From an uncultured Halobacteriales archaeon (GTDB lineage: Archaea; Halobacteriota; Halobacteria; Halobacteriales; SKSH01): a stretch of 64,000 bases of DNA. The DNA is taken from positions 5,968 to 69,967 of the forward strand of contig CAZXER010000003.1 of the NCBI GenBank assembly GCA_964639975.1, in the 5' to 3' direction. The first letter of the stretch is position 1. Every line of letters starts with the position of its first letter. The translations under genes and the position numbers were made by a program. Positions 9,462-18,017 of the stretch are shown here, in pieces. Under the pieces are notes generated by a model. That model was not told the origin of the DNA and made no database searches. It saw only the letters and a list, made by a program, of their open reading frames with translations.

Positions 9462-9538
9462 GCTCGCGTTCTGACGGTCCGAGAACGTTTCGTTCGTGCT
9501 CGTTTATCACCGGTACTCCAACGAATCTGAGGTTGCAT

Positions 9539-9569
9539 GATAGCGTAATATTTATGTAGAATCGCTATC
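9539..9569 (+). promoter_or_regulatory. hsp20 promoter: TATA-like box enclosed by a perfect 7-bp inverted repeat
   Basis: GATAGCG (9539-9545), then 17 nt (taatatTTATgtagaat), then CGCTATC (9563-9569). It lies 19-46 nt upstream of the candidate hsp20 starts. Confidence 0.45.
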
Positions 9570-9596
9570 AATCTATAACTGCATTCGGTGGTAATC

Positions 9597-9971
9597 ATGG
9601 TCCTACCAAGTCCCATGAACCGGTCATTCTTGGACAGCACAGATAGCTCAAGCAGACTCTTCGACACGTTCAGTCGAAGCGACTACGAGCTGTACGAAGA
9701 AGACGATGCGTTCGTGCTCACCATCGAGATGCCGGGCTTCGAGACCGAAGACCTGACCGTGAGCTGGGATGATGGCGTCCTCAACATCGCCGGTGAGCAC
9801 GAGGACGATACGCGTGGCCATCGGCGGACCTATCACCGCCGCTTCCGCTTCCCCAAAGACATAGATGACGCCAACATCAAGGCGGAGTACAACAACGGCG
9901 TCCTCGAGATCTACCTGCCGATCCCGCCGGAGGCCCGCGTGAGCGGACGGGAGATCGAGGTCCAGGGCTGA
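9597..9971 (+). CDS. hsp20: Hsp20/alpha-crystallin family small heat-shock protein
   Basis: Alpha-crystallin domain (FVLTIEMPGFETEDLTVSWDDGVLNIAGEHE ... AEYNNGVLEIYLPI). Start ambiguous: GTG 9588, ATG 9597 or ATG 9615. Confidence 0.85.
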   Translation: MVLPSPMNRSFLDSTDSSSRLFDTFSRSDYELYEEDDAFVLTIEMPGFETEDLTVSWDDGVLNIAGEHEDDTRGHRRTYHRRFRFPKDIDDANIKAEYNNGVLEIYLPIPPEARVSGREIEVQG

Positions 9972-10138
9972 CCGTTCCCGGTCAGCTTCGATTGTTTCCG
10001 TCCTCATCGGCCGTTTACGAAGGCCGGTAGTTGCTGCTGTATGGGTCAGCGATACCGATAACTGGTGGAGAGTGGTATCAGTTGGACTTTGACGAGCGCA
10101 ACCTTATTGCGTTCACACATAGATTTTCAGCATCAGTG

Positions 10139-12412
10139 ATGGTCACTGGGCACCCCTCCCCCCTGTCAGCGTTATTTGTGGGCGAATCAGGGACGAAACC
10201 AGCCTCGGTGATCCAGAGAGTTGCCGACCAAGAAGAGGACATCAATCTCGTTACCGCGAGCACGCCTGAGCAAGCAGTCGATCTCGTCGAGTCCCAACGG
10301 TTCCACTGCATCATCAGTGATCAGACGGTCTATGACTCGGATTCTGTCGAGAACACCAAACAACTCAGGCAGACGGGTGACCGGCGTCCCCTCATCCTCC
10401 TTGTCGAAGCGACCCACGATCCGACGTTCGAACGTGCCCTTGAGGATGGCGTCTCCGAAGTGATACCGCTCGAGACCCTGGACGAACCCAGTCGAATCGT
10501 TCGTAACCGTATCAAGTTCCATGTGGGACGCCATCGACGACAACGGAGAGACCGTGAACTCTGGTTTCACGTCCGTCAGTTGATCGATCATGCCGAGGAT
10601 GTCATCTGGATCATCTCTCACGAATGGGACGAACTACTGTATGCAAACGCCGCGTTCGAGCGGATCTGGAACCTGTCTCTCGAGGAGCTGTACGCACGGC
10701 CACAATACTTTCTCGAGGGGATCCACCCGAGTGACCGACCCAAGGTCCGGCGTGCAATGGAACGCGTGTCGGCTGGGGAAGAGGTCGAACTCGAATTTCG
10801 GGTAAACAGGGAGGAGGACTACAGTATATGGGTCTGGGTGAAGGGCTATCCGATCACTGACGACGAGGGGGAAATTATCGCTGTCTCTGGCTTTACACGC
10901 GATATCACCGAGCGAAAATCCGAAGAACAACGCTACCGACGCGAACGCGATCGGTTCCAGCGGTTGTTCGAACACTTCCCCGAACCAACGGTCGCGTACC
11001 GATTCGAGGATGAATCGTCCCGTATCGAAGCCGTCAACGAGGCGTTCGAGGACACCTTTGGGTACGAGTCAGAGACAGCAGTTGGACGCGATGTGGACGA
11101 ACTGGTGGCCCCAGACGAGCTCCTCAACGAGGCAGCCCAGTTGGATGAACGCGTCAGGTCGGGGGAGTTCGTCGATGCCGAGGTCAGACGAAATACCGCC
11201 GAAGGCGACCGCTATTTTCGGTTCAGAAGCATAGAATTGCCTGACGATGACGAGTTCGACGGGTTCGCGATTTACGCTGATATCCACGAGCGCAAGCAGC
11301 GTGAACGCACCCTGAACGCCTTACACGAGACGTCGAGGGAACTGGCGCGAACGCAAGAGCAGGCGGCGATCGCGCAGGTGGCCACGAACGCGGTTGACGA
11401 CACGATCGGGGTCCCGTGGGGAGCTACTTGGTTGCTAGATGAAGGGACCGAAATGTTCACCCCTGCCCATCTGACCTCGAGCCTCGAACAGTCCATGCCA
11501 GAGCGCGTGGAGATCCCGACAGACGACCCCCTCGTCGACGCCATCGATCGCGAAGACGAAATCCAGCTCGACGACACGGCTTCGTCCGATATCTGGCCTT
11601 CGGCCTTGTCACCTGTGCGAAGCGCGTTGGTGTTACCGCTTGGTGGCCACGGATTCTTCCTGATCGGATCTCCTGAACCGAACGGACTCGCCGATGAGCA
11701 TCGATCGTTCGCGCGTATTTTGGCTGCAAACACCGAGGCAGCTCTGGAGCGTGCAGACAGAGAAGTAACGCTTCGGCAACAACGACGAGAACTACAGCGA
11801 CAGAACGAGCGTCTCGAGGAGTTCACCAGCGTGGTGAGTCACGACCTGAGAACGCCCCTGTCCGTCGCAACCGCGACGACCGAGCAGCTCTCCCTCGAGC
11901 ACGAGGACGTCGACGTCTCGACCATCGAGAACGCACTCAATCGGATGGATAACATTATCTCGAAGACGTTGACACTGGCCAGAAGCGGTCAGGTTATGGG
12001 GGATGTCGAATCGGTCGATCTGTATGAACTCGCCATGCGATGTCGACACACCGTCTCTGCGTCTGATCTGGACATCGAGATCGACGAGGACCTCCCGACC
12101 ATTGAGGCTGATCCAGATCGACTCCAGCACGTCTTCGAGAACCTCTACCGGAACGCGGTCGACCATGGCGGTCCTGACGTGACCATCACGGTCGAACCCA
12201 CAGCCGACGGGTTCAGCGTCTCGGATGACGGGCCCGGTATCTCTGCAGAGGAGGTTGAGAACGTCTTCGAAACGGGATACTCCACGACTGCCGAAGGGAC
12301 CGGCTTCGGCCTCGCGATTGTCAAGCGAATCGCCGAGTCACACGGCTGGGAGATCCACGTGGAGGAATCCTCGAGTGGTGGGGCGAGTTTCAGGTTCTCA
12401 GACGTCTATTGA
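10139..12412 (+). CDS. Multidomain sensor histidine kinase (receiver-like, PAS, PAS, GAF-like, HisKA, HATPase_c)
   Basis: Receiver-like N-terminus (FHCIISDQ..LILLVEA). PAS-like blocks (WIISHEWDELLYANAAFERIWN; TVAYRFEDESSRIEAVNEAFEDTFGY). H-box FTSVVSHDLRTPLS, N-box ENLYRNAVDHG, G-box GTGFGLAIVKRIAESHGW. Start uncertain: the track start 10031 is TTG, and I chose the first in-frame ATG. Confidence 0.85.
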   Translation: MVTGHPSPLSALFVGESGTKPASVIQRVADQEEDINLVTASTPEQAVDLVESQRFHCIISDQTVYDSDSVENTKQLRQTGDRRPLILLVEATHDPTFERALEDGVSEVIPLETLDEPSRIVRNRIKFHVGRHRRQRRDRELWFHVRQLIDHAEDVIWIISHEWDELLYANAAFERIWNLSLEELYARPQYFLEGIHPSDRPKVRRAMERVSAGEEVELEFRVNREEDYSIWVWVKGYPITDDEGEIIAVSGFTRDITERKSEEQRYRRERDRFQRLFEHFPEPTVAYRFEDESSRIEAVNEAFEDTFGYESETAVGRDVDELVAPDELLNEAAQLDERVRSGEFVDAEVRRNTAEGDRYFRFRSIELPDDDEFDGFAIYADIHERKQRERTLNALHETSRELARTQEQAAIAQVATNAVDDTIGVPWGATWLLDEGTEMFTPAHLTSSLEQSMPERVEIPTDDPLVDAIDREDEIQLDDTASSDIWPSALSPVRSALVLPLGGHGFFLIGSPEPNGLADEHRSFARILAANTEAALERADREVTLRQQRRELQRQNERLEEFTSVVSHDLRTPLSVATATTEQLSLEHEDVDVSTIENALNRMDNIISKTLTLARSGQVMGDVESVDLYELAMRCRHTVSASDLDIEIDEDLPTIEADPDRLQHVFENLYRNAVDHGGPDVTITVEPTADGFSVSDDGPGISAEEVENVFETGYSTTAEGTGFGLAIVKRIAESHGWEIHVEESSSGGASFRFSDVY

Positions 12413-12488
12413 GTGAGGCCGTCGCGACGCTATGGCGTCGATACGATCACATCAAAACAAATGAACAACCGGCGGTGGGTGCCGGGCT

Positions 12489-13862
12489 TCAGGCCGTGTC
12501 TGAGCCCGGTTCCTCGACGGGGGCTCGAGGTGCATTCCGGTGGACACTGCGGAGACCTTGACGGGCTTTGGACTGTGAGGAGTAGCCCTCGCCGCTGTCG
12601 GCGATGATCTCACCGTTCGGTGCGAGGAGCCGCCACCGCCACTCGTTCGCTGCGTCCTCGAACATTTCGAACGCACCCGTCTCCATGGTCAACGTATCGG
12701 CGATCGGGGCGGCGTCCTTGACCCGCTCGACGGCATCCTTCGCCCCCCGTTCGTCGCTGTAGCCCTGGCCACTGTCGGCGATGATCTCGTTGTTACCGGC
12801 GAGGAGGCGCCATCGATATCTCCCTTCATCGTCCTCATAGACCTCGAAGTCGTGCTCATCGATGTCCCGGACCGTCTCGATCGCGCGTTGTCCGTTCGAT
12901 CGGGACGTGTAGCCCTGGCCGCTATCGGCGATGATGCGTCCGTTCCTCGCCAGCAGTCGCCATCGCCACTCGCCCGCCTCATCCTCGTATAGATCGAACG
13001 CACCGTCATCGAGGGTGAGGGTGTCTGCGATGTCCGCGTACGAACGAACGCGTTCGACGGCGTCGTCGACACCAGAGCGGTCGGCGTACCCCTCACCGCT
13101 GTCCGCGATGATGTTCCCGTTATCGTGACGCAGGCGCCACCGCCACTGCCCAGCGTTGTCCTCATAGACCTCGAAACTGGCCTGTGCAGCCTCTTCGGGC
13201 GAGGTGACCTCCTGAACGCCAGCCCCCGGGATGTTCTTGCGGGCCCGCTCCAGATCCTTGCGAGCATCATCTTTGGAGGTGTATCCCTCGCTACTGGCAC
13301 CGACAATGGTTCCCTCCTCGTGGCGCAACCGCCATCGGTGTTCCTCAGCCGGGTCGCGAAAGAGCTCGAAGGTCCCCTTCGAGTGTATTTTCGCCGGAGC
13401 GAGATCCTCGAAGACATCCTCGGGTGTCTTGACCACAGCTGGCATGATGATCGCCGCCGCGACGAGGATCGCTGCCCCGAGTGCGAACATGCCTACAATC
13501 GTTGGGTCGCCCTCTGGTGTCGGCCAATCATCGGGATAGGTCATGGAGAACCAGCCCGCAGCGAGGACCGATATCGCGGCACCGACGATCCCCGCCATGG
13601 TGACACCCTTGTGGGTTGGTAACCGTATCACGACGCCGAGGAGGAGCAGGGTGAGTCCGATCGTCGCCGACACCACAGCGACTTCTCTCGGCGTGAACAC
13701 CGAGGTACCCTCAAGCGTGGTGCTATAGAAATACGCGATGACCCCGAGCAGCCCGAGGAGGGCTCCAACTAAGAATATCCAGTACCCAATCGCCTCATCT
13801 GGGGTTCCTGGACCGATGTACTTTCGATACGCCCGAACGAATGCGTTGTCTGAACCAACCAT
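12489..13862 (-). CDS. Membrane protein with 4 N-terminal TM helices and five tandem YegP/UPF0339 (DUF1508-like) modules
   Basis: 457 aa. Hydrophobic helices in aa ~25-150, then five units with FE[VLM][FY]xD....WRWRL....G.I[IV]A.S.[EQ]GY. Confidence 0.8.
   Translation of the reverse strand: MVGSDNAFVRAYRKYIGPGTPDEAIGYWIFLVGALLGLLGVIAYFYSTTLEGTSVFTPREVAVVSATIGLTLLLLGVVIRLPTHKGVTMAGIVGAAISVLAAGWFSMTYPDDWPTPEGDPTIVGMFALGAAILVAAAIIMPAVVKTPEDVFEDLAPAKIHSKGTFELFRDPAEEHRWRLRHEEGTIVGASSEGYTSKDDARKDLERARKNIPGAGVQEVTSPEEAAQASFEVYEDNAGQWRWRLRHDNGNIIADSGEGYADRSGVDDAVERVRSYADIADTLTLDDGAFDLYEDEAGEWRWRLLARNGRIIADSGQGYTSRSNGQRAIETVRDIDEHDFEVYEDDEGRYRWRLLAGNNEIIADSGQGYSDERGAKDAVERVKDAAPIADTLTMETGAFEMFEDAANEWRWRLLAPNGEIIADSGEGYSSQSKARQGLRSVHRNAPRAPVEEPGSDTA
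12528..13376 (-). repeat. Intragenic tandem repeat (5 units of ~150-180 nt) encoding the YegP-like modules
   Basis: Recurring + strand strings such as gtagccctggccactgtcggcgatgatctc / gtagccctggccgctatcggcgatgatg / tacccctcaccgctgtccgcgatgatg, followed by gccaccgccactc/gccatcgccactc. Confidence 0.8.
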
Positions 13863-14036
13863 AACTGTGATATTTAGCTGGAATACCCATTATAAGCTGG
13901 GACCATTCTCTGGAGTGTAGAACGCTCACAAGCTCGGAGGGAACGCATAAAGTTGGTCAGCCGCGGTTCGAATCGAACGTATCCTCGATGGGCAGGGTGC
14001 ACGGTTTTTTATTGTCGCCTTTAGTATCTCGTAACT

Positions 14037-14699
14037 ATGCGGGCCGTGATAGTCGGTTACGGGCGAGTCGGTATCCGAACCGCCCGGATCATGAACGAAG
14101 AGGGTCATGAGGTCGTCATTGTCGACAACGACCCAGAGAAGATCACTCGCGCAGACAACGAGGGGTTCACGGCGCACTTTGGCGAGGGAGACGATCCGGA
14201 TGTCCTCGACGAGGCCATCGAGCCAGAGGCGGATGTCCTCGCGGCGCTGACTGGTGACGTCGAGGTGAACCACTCAGCGTGCCTTCACGCCACCAAACGG
14301 GGTTTGCGCACCGTGTTGCGCATCGATGCCGACTATCCCCAGGCGCAATACGAGCGGTATGAGGAGACCGCCGATGCGATCATCTATCCCGAGCTCCTCG
14401 GGGCGGCAGGGGCAAAGACCGCCCTCCTTGGAGGTGACGTCTCGGTTCTTGCCGAACTTGCGGAGAACCTCCAACTAACCGTCCTCACGGTTAAGTCCGA
14501 TACCGCCGCTGTCGGGACGACCATCGGACGCTTGGAGCTGCCAGCCGGTGCTCGACTGTACGCACACGGCAGCGGTGACGAATCGCTGACAATCCCGCTG
14601 CCCAGCACGACGCTCGAGGCGGGTGATCGGGTGGCACTGCTGGTCGACGGTCAGGCCATGGACGAAACGCGGAGCTACTTCCTTGGTGACAGCGACTAG
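14037..14699 (+). CDS. trkA: TrkA-type K+ transport regulatory protein (TrkA-N NAD-binding plus TrkA-C)
   Basis: MRAVIVGYGRVGIRTARIMNEEGHEVVIVDND Rossmann motif. The C-terminal RCK_C-like part includes LTVLTVKSDTAAVGTTIGRLELP. Confidence 0.85.
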   Translation: MRAVIVGYGRVGIRTARIMNEEGHEVVIVDNDPEKITRADNEGFTAHFGEGDDPDVLDEAIEPEADVLAALTGDVEVNHSACLHATKRGLRTVLRIDADYPQAQYERYEETADAIIYPELLGAAGAKTALLGGDVSVLAELAENLQLTVLTVKSDTAAVGTTIGRLELPAGARLYAHGSGDESLTIPLPSTTLEAGDRVALLVDGQAMDETRSYFLGDSD

Positions 14700-14731
14700 C
14701 CCACAATGCGAACGCTCGCCGGTTCAAAAGC

Positions 14732-14789
14732 GGGCGCGCGGTGTGTGGGAGGGGGAAGGGGGGGAAGCTGCCAGAGGGAGGCGCGCCCG
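14732..14789 (+). other. 9-bp GC stem (CGGGCGCGC/GCGCGCCCG) enclosing a 40-nt purine/G-tract loop, just downstream of trkA
   Basis: Read directly: 14732-14740 pairs with 14781-14789. The loop contains GGGAGGGGGAAGGGGGG...GGG. Confidence 0.35.
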
Positions 14790-14982
14790 ATTGGTCCGAT
14801 ACTCAAGCAGAAGCCATAAACCTGTGTCAGACAATTGTCAGACGGTCGTGAACGTCCCAACATATCCCACCACTGTATCCTTGATATATCCATGAACTGG
14901 ACCGATCTGTTCGATCGTGCGGCCGCATTCGATGTCACCGTTGATGACATCAAAACGGTACGTTCTGCAACCAGAGGCCACG

Positions 14983-15456
14983 ATGGCGAAGACGCCTGAT
15001 CCAACCCGGGTTGTCGCCGATGCGGATGTGCTCACTGCAGACGTGTTCGTGGACGGAACCGCTCGGATCGCCATGGAGCGGATACGTCGTCACAGTTGGC
15101 TCGAGCTCATCGCGAGTGAGGTGCTCCTCGATGATGCGAAGACCATCATCAGTCATCTCGGGGATCACGCGCTCGCCGAGGACTGGTACGCGCTCATCGA
15201 ACCCGAATGCCACATCGTCGAGCATCCACCTCGCGACAACCCGGCGTTGGGGAGTGCATACGCCGGGAGTGCGGGCCACCTGCTCACCTACGACGAGGCT
15301 CTCGCCTCGGCCAAAACCGGTGTCCAGATGCGTCGAGCGATGCCGATCAGTGTGCGAACACCCGATGCGTTCGTCCGGACGGTCGCAATCGATGTTCTCT
15401 ACGAGGCGACCGTCGGTGACACCTATCCCGGCCCCGATGTGGAACCACGCGCCTGA
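14983..15456 (+). CDS. Conserved hypothetical protein, PIN-like domain
   Basis: MAKTPDPTRVVADADVLTADVF..., later ASEVLLDD and HLLTYDEAL: acidic residues spaced as in PIN-fold proteins. Start uncertain (see the finding on the overlapping upstream small ORF). Confidence 0.5.
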   Translation: MAKTPDPTRVVADADVLTADVFVDGTARIAMERIRRHSWLELIASEVLLDDAKTIISHLGDHALAEDWYALIEPECHIVEHPPRDNPALGSAYAGSAGHLLTYDEALASAKTGVQMRRAMPISVRTPDAFVRTVAIDVLYEATVGDTYPGPDVEPRA

Positions 15457-15989
15457 TCGCGATACCACGTGGCAAACGCATCGATGGCGCGCCCGCGGTG
15501 GGAGAGTTCGTTCTTCTCGGCGGTCGTTCGCTCGGCGAGTGTTCGACCCTCGACCTCGAAGATCGGATCATAACCGAACCCACCGCGTCCCCGTGGGGCC
15601 ACGATCTGACCATCGACACGCCCGGTGAACGTCAACTCACGCGCCCCATCGGCGAACGCGACGACGCTTTCGAAGTACGCCGAGCGGTCCGCCTCGTCTG
15701 CAACCAGATCCCAGACCGCCTCGATGCCGATGGTGTCCTCGACGAAGGCAGAATACGGCCCCGGGAATCCATCGAGTGCATTGACGAACAGTCCCGAGTC
15801 CTCGACGATCACTGCCTCCCCCGCACCGACCGCCTCGAAGGAGGCCCGGGCGCCGGCGAGGGCGATCGATTCGAGCTCGTCTGCCTGTATCTCGGCGTAA
15901 TCGTAGTCGAGCTGCTCGACGGGCTCATCGAGTCGGTCGTCTACCTCTGCCACTTTGTCCTCGTTGCCGGTCACGAATCGAATCGTCAT
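15423..15989 (-). CDS. rdgB: Non-canonical purine NTP pyrophosphatase (dITP/XTP pyrophosphatase, HAM1/RdgB family)
   Basis: Start moved to ATG 15989 (MTIRFVTGNEDKVAEV). Motifs EDSGLFVNALDGFPGPYSA and FGYDPIF, with ...SHRGRA at the C-terminus. Confidence 0.9.
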   Translation of the reverse strand: MTIRFVTGNEDKVAEVDDRLDEPVEQLDYDYAEIQADELESIALAGARASFEAVGAGEAVIVEDSGLFVNALDGFPGPYSAFVEDTIGIEAVWDLVADEADRSAYFESVVAFADGARELTFTGRVDGQIVAPRGRGGFGYDPIFEVEGRTLAERTTAEKNELSHRGRAIDAFATWYRDQARGSTSGPG

Positions 15990-16026
15990 GTGAGGCACCG
16001 ACGTTCTCGAAGGACTACCCGGGTAC

Positions 16027-16305
16027 CTACTCGTCGACGATGACCTCGACGGGCTCTTGCTCCTCCGGAACCGCCTCTTCCTCTGCCGCCTGCTTTTGCT
16101 CGAAGAGGTACATGGCCCCTGCAACGGCGAGGACCACCCACGACTTCCAGTTGGCGAGGTTGAGGGTATAGCCGACACCGAAAGGTTTCGGTACCAACAT
16201 GCCCTCGCCGGGTTGCCAGTACGACTTCAGCATCCTGGACAGTTTCGGCCGTTCGAAGTTGTAGGGGATACCGAACATCTCGCCGCTGGGAGTCTCGTCG
16301 CTCAT
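16027..16305 (-). CDS. Small membrane-associated protein, DUF5808-like
   Basis: Start moved to ATG 16305 (MSDETPSGEMFGIPYNFERPKLSR...PKPFGVGYTLNLANW), one TM helix and an acidic tail. Confidence 0.6.
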   Translation of the reverse strand: MSDETPSGEMFGIPYNFERPKLSRMLKSYWQPGEGMLVPKPFGVGYTLNLANWKSWVVLAVAGAMYLFEQKQAAEEEAVPEEQEPVEVIVDE

Positions 16306-16362
16306 ACAACGATATACGACGAGCCGGGGCATTAACGTTCCCGCCATTCTCACCCGCTGGTA

Positions 16363-17949
16363 TCATTGGTACCGTCCCCGACCTTCGATGGCTGCAAGCC
16401 GCTCGATCACGGTAGCGGCGCCGGTCTGTGTGTACCCGTCGAGAAGCGCATCTCGGTACGCCCCGGGCGCGACGTCACGGAGGCTCTGGAGGAAGACGTG
16501 AAGATCCATCGCCGCATCCTCGATGTCGTCGCTGTGGTAGCCAAGACCGAAATCGACCAGGAAGAGGCGGCCGTCCTCGATGCGAACGTTCCGGATCGTC
16601 GGATCGCCGTGGACGATACCCGCCTCGTGGAGCCGGCCGAGGTGCTCACCAACGGTCGAAACCGCCTGCTCACCTACCCGGTCGCGTAGATCCGCCGATC
16701 CGACATGGGACATGACCAACCGGTGGGCTGTCGGGTCAACGTCGAGAACCGGTGGCGTCGGGATTCCAACCCGTCGCGCGCCATGCAGCAGTCGAGCCTC
16801 GAGTACGGTCCGGTCTCGTCGTAGTCGATCATCCAGTGCGGGATGGCGGTACGATTTCGGTGCCCGAGTCTTGACGACCGTCCCATCCGAGCTGACCTCG
16901 ACCGTCGCCTCAGCACCTCGCAGGACGGCCTCGTCGAGCGATCGTCGTCGGGTCGGTTCATCACGCCAAGTGATCTCGACATCGCTCGGGCGATCGTCCG
17001 GTAGGACCGCGGAGTTGGCGATCGAGATCGTCTCACCGGCGCGGAGCATCTGCGCTCCGGTGATGGCGATCATCCCGGCATTGTCACCGCGGAATCGAGA
17101 TGGAGGTACATACATCGAGGCGTCGCGGTCTGAGACCATCGTGTCGAGCATCGTTCGGAGTCGCTGGTTGTGCGTGACACCGCCACCGATGACGAGCTCA
17201 TCACGGTGAGTCAGGGCAAGCGCTCGCTCTGAGACCTCCGTGAGCATCGCGAATATCGTCTCCTGCAGGCCACAGCAGACGTCTTCGATCGGGACCCCAT
17301 CATCGACGAGTTCCTTGGCGGCACTGATGATCCCGGAGAAGGAGAGATCCATGCCCTTGACGACGTAGGGCAGCTCGACGTAGGACCCGGCCTTCGCGTG
17401 CTGCTCGACCGTCGGTCCACCGGGGTGGGACCAGCCGACGTGACGGGCGAACTTATCGAGCGCGTTCCCGACCCCGGTGTCCATGGTCTCGCCGAGAGTC
17501 CGGTATCGCCCGTCGCGATAGCCCAAGACGTGTGCGTTGGCACCGCTAGCGTTCAGAATGATCGGATCCTCGAGGTCGCCCAGCAACCGTCCGACCTCAG
17601 CATGGGCCACCATGTGGTTCACTCCGATGAGGGGAACCCCGAGGCGACCGGCGAGCGTCCTCGCTGCGGTCGCCGTGACCCGGAGACACGGACCGAGGCC
17701 AGGACCCCGCGAGAAGGCCACCGCATCGATCGGTTCGTCTGTGGATTCGAGGATGGGCTCGATGACGCCGGACAACGAGGTTGCCATGTGTTCGGCTGCT
17801 TCGCTGGGATCGATCCCCCCCTGCGGTGGTCGGAAGGGATCCGTCTCCATTCGCACGTCGTCGATCGCCCCATCGTACAGCGCTGCACTGGCCGCCCAGG
17901 CGGTCCCTTCGATACCCAACACCCGCCCGGGGTCATCCCCCCGCATCAA
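16363..17949 (-). CDS. kae1-bud32: Bifunctional Kae1-Bud32 fusion (tRNA t6A37 threonylcarbamoyltransferase plus Bud32 kinase/ATPase)
   Basis: 528 aa. N-terminal Kae1/OSGEP part (VLGIEGTAWAASAAL, GVNHMVAHAEVGRL, FSGIISA). C-terminal RIO-type Bud32 part (VGIPTPPVLDVD, HGDPTIRNVRIEDGRLFLVDFGLG). Confidence 0.9.
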   Translation of the reverse strand: MMRGDDPGRVLGIEGTAWAASAALYDGAIDDVRMETDPFRPPQGGIDPSEAAEHMATSLSGVIEPILESTDEPIDAVAFSRGPGLGPCLRVTATAARTLAGRLGVPLIGVNHMVAHAEVGRLLGDLEDPIILNASGANAHVLGYRDGRYRTLGETMDTGVGNALDKFARHVGWSHPGGPTVEQHAKAGSYVELPYVVKGMDLSFSGIISAAKELVDDGVPIEDVCCGLQETIFAMLTEVSERALALTHRDELVIGGGVTHNQRLRTMLDTMVSDRDASMYVPPSRFRGDNAGMIAITGAQMLRAGETISIANSAVLPDDRPSDVEITWRDEPTRRRSLDEAVLRGAEATVEVSSDGTVVKTRAPKSYRHPALDDRLRRDRTVLEARLLHGARRVGIPTPPVLDVDPTAHRLVMSHVGSADLRDRVGEQAVSTVGEHLGRLHEAGIVHGDPTIRNVRIEDGRLFLVDFGLGYHSDDIEDAAMDLHVFLQSLRDVAPGAYRDALLDGYTQTGAATVIERLAAIEGRGRYQ

Positions 17950-18017
17950 TGAGAGCTCCCTCGAGAGGGCTGTTCCTGTAAGCCAGTGGCTTTACGTTCG
18001 GGTTGTGAAGATCCACC

